Below are positions 58,400-64,000 of a stretch of DNA of 64,000 nt, one piece after another. The DNA comes from Macrostomum hystrix (taxonomy: Eukaryota > Animalia > Platyhelminthes). The stretch covers positions 31,868,001-31,932,000 of the forward strand of contig CATNEN010000038.1 of NCBI GenBank assembly GCA_950097015.1, read 5' to 3'. A model generated the notes under the pieces. That model was not told where the DNA came from and ran no database searches. It saw only the letters and a list, made by a program, of their open reading frames with translations. A program made the translations under genes and the position numbers. Every line of letters begins with the position of its first letter. The first letter of the stretch is position 1.

Positions 58400-60868
58400 T
58401 ACAGGAACCGAGAACAGAAATACTGACACCCAGAACAGGAATACAGACACCCAGAACAGAAATACAGACACCCAGAACAGAAATACTGACACCCAGAACA
58501 GGAATACAGACACCCAGAACAGAAATACAGACACCCAGAACAGAAATACAGACATCCAGAACAGAAATACAGACACCCAGAACAGAAATACAGACACCCA
58601 GAACAGAAATACAGACATCCAGAACAGGAATACAGACATCCAGAACGGGAATACAGACATCCAGAACAGAAATACAGACACCCAGAACAGAAATACAGAC
58701 ATCCAGAACAGGAATACAGACATCCAGAACGGGAATACAGACATCCAGAACAGAAATACAGACACCCAGAACAGAAATACAGACACCCAGAACAGAAATA
58801 CAGACATCCAGAACAGAAATACAGACACCCAGAACAGAAATACAGACACCCAGACAGGAATACAGACACCCAGAACAGAAATACAGACACCCAGAACAGA
58901 AATACAGACATCCAGAACAGGAATACAGACATCCAGAACGGGAATACAGACATCCAGAACAGAAATACAGACACCCAGAACAGAAATACAGACACCCAGA
59001 ACAGAAATACAGACATCCAGAACGGGAATACAGACATCCAGAACAGAAATACAGACATCCAGAACAGAAATACAGACGCCCAGAACAGAAATACAGACAC
59101 CCAGAACAGAAATACAGACACCCAGAACAGAAATACAGACACCCAGAACAGAAATACAGACGCCCAGAACAGAAATACAGACATCCAGAACAGAAATACA
59201 GACATCCAGAACGGGTATACAGACATCCAAAACAGAAATACAGACATCCAGAACAGGAATACAGACATCCAGAACAGAAATACAGACATCCAGAACAGGA
59301 ATACAGACATCCAGAACGGGAATACAGACATCCAGAACAGAAATAAAGACACCCAGAACAGAAATACAGACATCCAGAACAGAAATACAGACACCCAGAA
59401 CAGAAATACAGACACCCAGAACAGGAATACAGACACCCAGAACAGAAATACAGACACCCAGAACAGAAATACAGACATCCAGAACAGGAATACAGACATC
59501 CAGAACGGGAATACAGACATCCAGAACAGAAATACAGACACCCAGAACAGAAATACAGACACCCAGAACAGAAATACAGACATCCAGAACGGGAATACAG
59601 ACATCCAGAACAGAAATACAGACACCCAGAACAGAAATACAGACACCCAGAACAGGAATACAGACATCAAGAACAGAAATACAGACATCCAGAACGGGAA
59701 TACAGACATCCAGAACGGGAATACAGACACCCAGAACAGGAATACAGACATCAAGAACAGAAATACAGACATCCAGAACAGAAATACAGACACCCAGAAC
59801 AGAAATACAGACACCCAGAACAGGAATACAGACATCAAGAACAGAAATACAGACATCCAGAACGGGAATACAGACATCCAGAACGGGAATACAGGCATCC
59901 AGAACGGGAATACAGACATCCAGAACGGGAATACAGGCATCCAGAACGGGAATACAGGCATCCAGAACGGGTATACAGACATCCAGAACGGGAATACAGA
60001 CATCCAGAACAGAAATACAGACACCCAGAACAGAAATACAGACACCCAGAACAGAAATACAGACACCCAGAACAGAAATAGACACCCAGAACAGAAATAC
60101 AGACACCCAGAACAGAAATACAGACACCCAGAACAGAAATACAGACACCCAGAACAGAAATACAGACACCCAGAACAGAAATACAGACATCCAGAACAGA
60201 AATACAGACATCCAGAACAGAAATACAGACATCCAGAACAGAAATAAAGACATCCAGAACAGAAATACAGACACCCAGAACAGAAAAACAGACACCCAGA
60301 ACAGAAATACAGACACCCAGAACAGAAATACAGACACCCAGAACAGAAATACAGACACCCAGAACAGAAATACAGACATCCAGAACGGGAATACAGGCAT
60401 CCAGAACGGGTATACAGACATCCAGAACGGGAATACAGACATCCAGAACGGGTATACAGACATCCAGAACGGGTATACAGACATCCAGAACGGGAATACA
60501 GACATCCAGAACGGGTATACAGACATCCAGAACGGGTATACAGACATCCAGAACGGGAATACAGACATCCAGAACGGGAATACAGACATCCAGAACAGGA
60601 ATACAGACATCCAGAACGGGAATACAGACATCCATAACGGGAATACAGACATCCAGAACGGGTATACAGACATCCAGAACGGGTATACAGACATCCAGAA
60701 CGGGTATACAGACATCCAGAACAGGAATACAGACATCCAGAACGGGAATACAGACATCCATAACGGGAATACAGACATCCAGAACGGGTATACAGACATC
60801 CAGAACGGGTATACAGACATCCAGAACGGGTATACAGACATCCAGAACGGGAATACAGACATCCAGAA
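58400..60868. repeat. 21-bp minisatellite (CAGAACAGAAATACAGACAYC)n
   Basis: Period 21; variant gradient from ACAGAAAT (left) to ACGGGTAT (right). Confidence 0.97.
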
Positions 60869-61427
60869 AAGTCCTGACATTGTGCTAGTTGAGAGGGCAA
60901 TGTAAAAAATAAACAGTCGTAGAAGAAATGTTAGTTTTTAAATAAAACCTCGATAAGATGATTGAAATGAAAAACTTCAGCAGGCAATTATTTTATTCAG
61001 CACACCGCCCAAGGTGCGCATTAACTCGTAATTAGAGCAGTCCTCGGAAACAAGAACAAATTTTTATATGGCGATGCTATTAATTTCCACACGCAATAGA
61101 GAAGTCTAATTAAATATATATTAGTATTAGTATTAAAGTGCATGAAATGAGCAAAGTAAAAACAGAGAGCATTATCGAAGTCTTTGGTTGGTGGAAATAA
61201 ATACGCGAGCAACAGGGACAGACAGCACGGCCTGCTGCAGCAAGCTACACAATGCAGCATGTAAAATGTAAAATGAAAATTCACTGACCTACTATTCAAT
61301 TGCTTTAATTGACACCTAGGATCTGTTAACTAGATTTCCTAAACTGAACTCAATAGCTACAAGTTTTTAGATGCGAATAAAACTTTAGGAATTTAGTGTC
61401 CGTATCTAGATTAATAGCAATAGTTTA

Positions 61428-62215
61428 AGGAATGGGGATCTGAGATTAAGAATGGAGCTCAGTAGATTTAGAATGGGGATCTTTTGATTTAGAATGGGGA
61501 TTTGTTGATTGAGAATGGGGATCTGTTGATTTAGAATGGGGATCTGTTGATTTAGAATGGGGATCTGTTGATTTAGAATGGGGATCTGTTGATTTAGAAT
61601 GGGGATCTGTTGATTTAGAATGGGGATCTGTTGATTTAGAATGGGGATCTGTTGATTTAGAATGGGGATCTGTTGATTTAGAATGGGGATCTGTTGATTT
61701 AGAATGGGGATCTGTTGATTAAGAATGGGGCTCAGTAGATTTAGAATGGGGCTCAGTAGATTTAGAATGGGGCTCAGTAGATTTAGAATGGGGCTCAGTA
61801 GATTTAGAATGGGGCTCAGTAGATTTAGAATGGGGCTCAGTAGATTTAGAATGGGGCTCAGTAGATTTAGAATAGGGATCTGTTGATTTAGAATGGGGAT
61901 CTGTTGATTTAGAATGGGGATCTGTTGATTTAGAATGGGATCTGTTGATTGAGAATGGGGATCTGTTGATTGAGAATGGGGATCTGTTGATTGAGAATGG
62001 GGATCTGTTGATTTAGAATGGGGATCTGTTGATTTAAAATGAGGATCAGTTGATTTAGAATGGGGATCTGTTGATTTAGAATGGGGATCTGTTGATTTAG
62101 AATGGGGATCTGTTGATTTAGAATGGGGATCTGTTGATTTAAAATGAGGATCTGTTGATTGAGAATGGGGATCTGTTGATTTAAAATGGGGATCTGTGGA
62201 TTAGGAATGGGGATT
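61428..62215. repeat. 21-bp minisatellite (GGATCTGTTGATTTAGAATGG)n
   Basis: Period 21; internal block of the GGCTCAGTA variant. Confidence 0.95.
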
Positions 62216-62335
62216 TAAATAATTATAGTAGGAACCGATAGGTTTGATTGCTAATCTACTCACTGGTCTACAGATAATAAACGAGAACAGGAGCATCAAC
62301 TGCATGTACTGTACAGAGGACTCAGCTGAGCAGCA

Positions 62336-62867
62336 TCATTGTCCCCGCCTAGTAGAGCCGCCATTTCTCTTGCCAGCCGAAGCCGCCGACCAGCCGTCGG
62401 AGGCTGACGAAGCCGCGGCTCTTCTGTCCTCTTCGCGAATGGCGTCTTCAACCCTGGACACGGCCTGCAACAGTCTGGCGATGCTCTCGGCCTCCTCCTG
62501 GCCTTTCTGACGCTCCTCTTGATTGCCCTCGGAGGCGGCCAGAGTCAGGAAGGATAAAAACTTGGTGATGCAGCTCAGCACGGGCAGGAACGATGGCTGC
62601 GGCTTGATCATCGGCCTGATTGAAGCGGCCAGGCGGAGATCTCGCTGGGCCAGGCAGCACAGCAGCAGGCCCGCGTAGGCGGCAACTACTGAGTCCTCCA
62701 TGTGCTCACCGGCCCTGCTCAGGGCACCGTGCAGACCGCCCGGCTCAGCTGCCGCGCCACCGCTGATCGCCGGTCGACGATTGGCCGCGGCGGCCATCGC
62801 GTTGGCGGCTCGCCTATCTAGAGAGGCTGGACGGCCGCCGAATTCTAGGTCGCCCCCAACTGATTGG
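62336..62867 (-). CDS. WAPL: Wings apart-like cohesin release factor, terminal exon (gene continues beyond window)
   Basis: ALSRAGEHMEDSVVAAYAGLLLCCL...KFLSFLTL...SIARLL matches the WAPL C-terminus ([25 protein letters not shown]...KFLSFMNL, recalled); acceptor ttcaacag| at 62868. Confidence 0.85.
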
Positions 62868-62932
62868 CTGTTGAACGCATCGGGGTGTTGAAGGAAATTG
62901 ATTTAGGCCAAATGCTATCAAATGCTGTGCAC

Positions 62933-63493
62933 ATGATCCCAGAAAACAATAGTCAATGATCCCAGAAATCAATAGTCAATGATCCCAGAAATCAATAGTC
63001 AATGATCCCAGAAATCAATAGTCAATGATCCCAGAAATCAATAGTCAATGATCCCAGAAAACAATAGTCAATGATCCCAGAAATCAATAGTCAATGATCC
63101 CAGAAATCAATAGTCAATGATCCCAGAAAACAATAGTCAATGATCCCAGAAATCAATAGTCAATGATCCCAGAAATCAATAGTCAATGATCCCAGAAATC
63201 AATAGTCAATGATCCCAGAAATCAATAGTCAATGATCCCAGAAATCAATAGTCAATGATCCCAGAAATCAATAGTCAATGATCCCAGAAAACAATAGTCA
63301 ATGATCCCAGAAATCAATAGTCAATGATCCCAGAAAACAATAGTCAATGATCCCAGAAAACAATAGTCAATGATCCCAGAAATCAATAGTCAATGATCCC
63401 AGAAATCAATAGTCAATGATCCCAGAAATCAATACTGAATTATCGCAGAAATCAATAGTCAATGATCCCAGAAATCAATAGTCAATGATCCCA
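62933..63493. repeat. 23-bp minisatellite (AATGATCCCAGAAATCAATAGTC)n in WAPL intron
   Basis: Period 23. Confidence 0.95.
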
Positions 63494-63499
63494 GGCAAA

Positions 63500-63851
63500 G
63501 GGGGTCGGTGGCAGAGCGGTCAACGCGTTTGCCTCTGGCACCAAGGTCCCTGAGTTCGATTCCGCGGCGACGCCACATTCATTTTGGGCGCAGGCGCGGA
63601 GAGAAGGCTTGGGGGCTTGTCGTGCAATTTACGCCGTTGAGGGCCAACCTCCAAGCCACAGTGAGAGTGTACACTGACTGACGATGAGAAAGTCAGGGCA
63701 GATGTACACACCTGTGTGAGCGTGTGCCTGCGTACAGTATCTGTGTGCGTGAGTGCTCAGGAATCAGCGAAATGGGCAGAATTGCCTCCTCGCTGGCTGC
63801 GGGTCTAGTGTCACCAAATGATGTGCCATTGCCTGCAGCCCTACTACTACT
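63500..63851 (+). mobile_element. tRNA-derived SINE (copy 2) with (CTA)n tail
   Basis: A-box TGGCAGAGCGG, B-box GAGTTCGATTCC, body matches the reverse complement of 15441-15778, tail CTACTACTACTA. Confidence 0.88.
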
Positions 63852-64000
63852 ATTAATTACAACATTTATTATATTTACAATTACTACGCAGTAATTATTT
63901 ACTACTACCACTATCAAAGGCATGAATAATTAATTATTCCTGAAATTATACTCGTACAATCGATTGACTGATCTGTCACCAACAAAGCCTCACCTAGTAT

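Noticed and set aside
63500-63575. Functional tRNA gene
   Set aside because: Acceptor and T stems do not close properly, and the sequence continues into a body shared with another copy, so it is a SINE head.
63660-63800. Hammerhead ribozyme in the SINE (CTGACGA...GAAAGTC)
   Set aside because: No stem II or stem III can be drawn around the core. An Infernal search with Rfam hammerhead models would settle it.

Overview
Eukaryotic (animal) genomic DNA, not prokaryotic. It has compact GT-AG genes with GC-rich, CAG/GCC-run-rich exons, and roughly half of the window (~31 kb by my hand tally) is ~26 distinct 18-45 bp minisatellite arrays. This style fits a free-living flatworm such as Macrostomum lignano (inference only). 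Hand-spliced, phase-consistent gene models: SLC35B2/PAPST1 (+), two tandem THAP-domain coiled-coil genes (-), TXNDC17 (+), a PTB/PID-like protein (-), a CNBD2-like protein (-), Nemo-like kinase (7 exons, -) and the last exon of WAPL (-). Also present: tRNA-Arg(CCG), two copies of a tRNA-derived SINE, a remnant of a second SINE, a hAT-type MITE with an 8-bp TSD and a probable solo LTR with a 4-bp TSD. The most notable architecture is that every modelled intron longer than ~450 bp holds its own minisatellite(s), while every intron under 200 bp has none. Arrays of different period share two core motifs (CACCCACCTCACTCC and ATCCCA/TGGGAT), and two array-containing introns show duplicated splice-junction sequence. 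The long repetitive ORFs in the track are artefacts of the arrays. All calls were made by eye without database searches.
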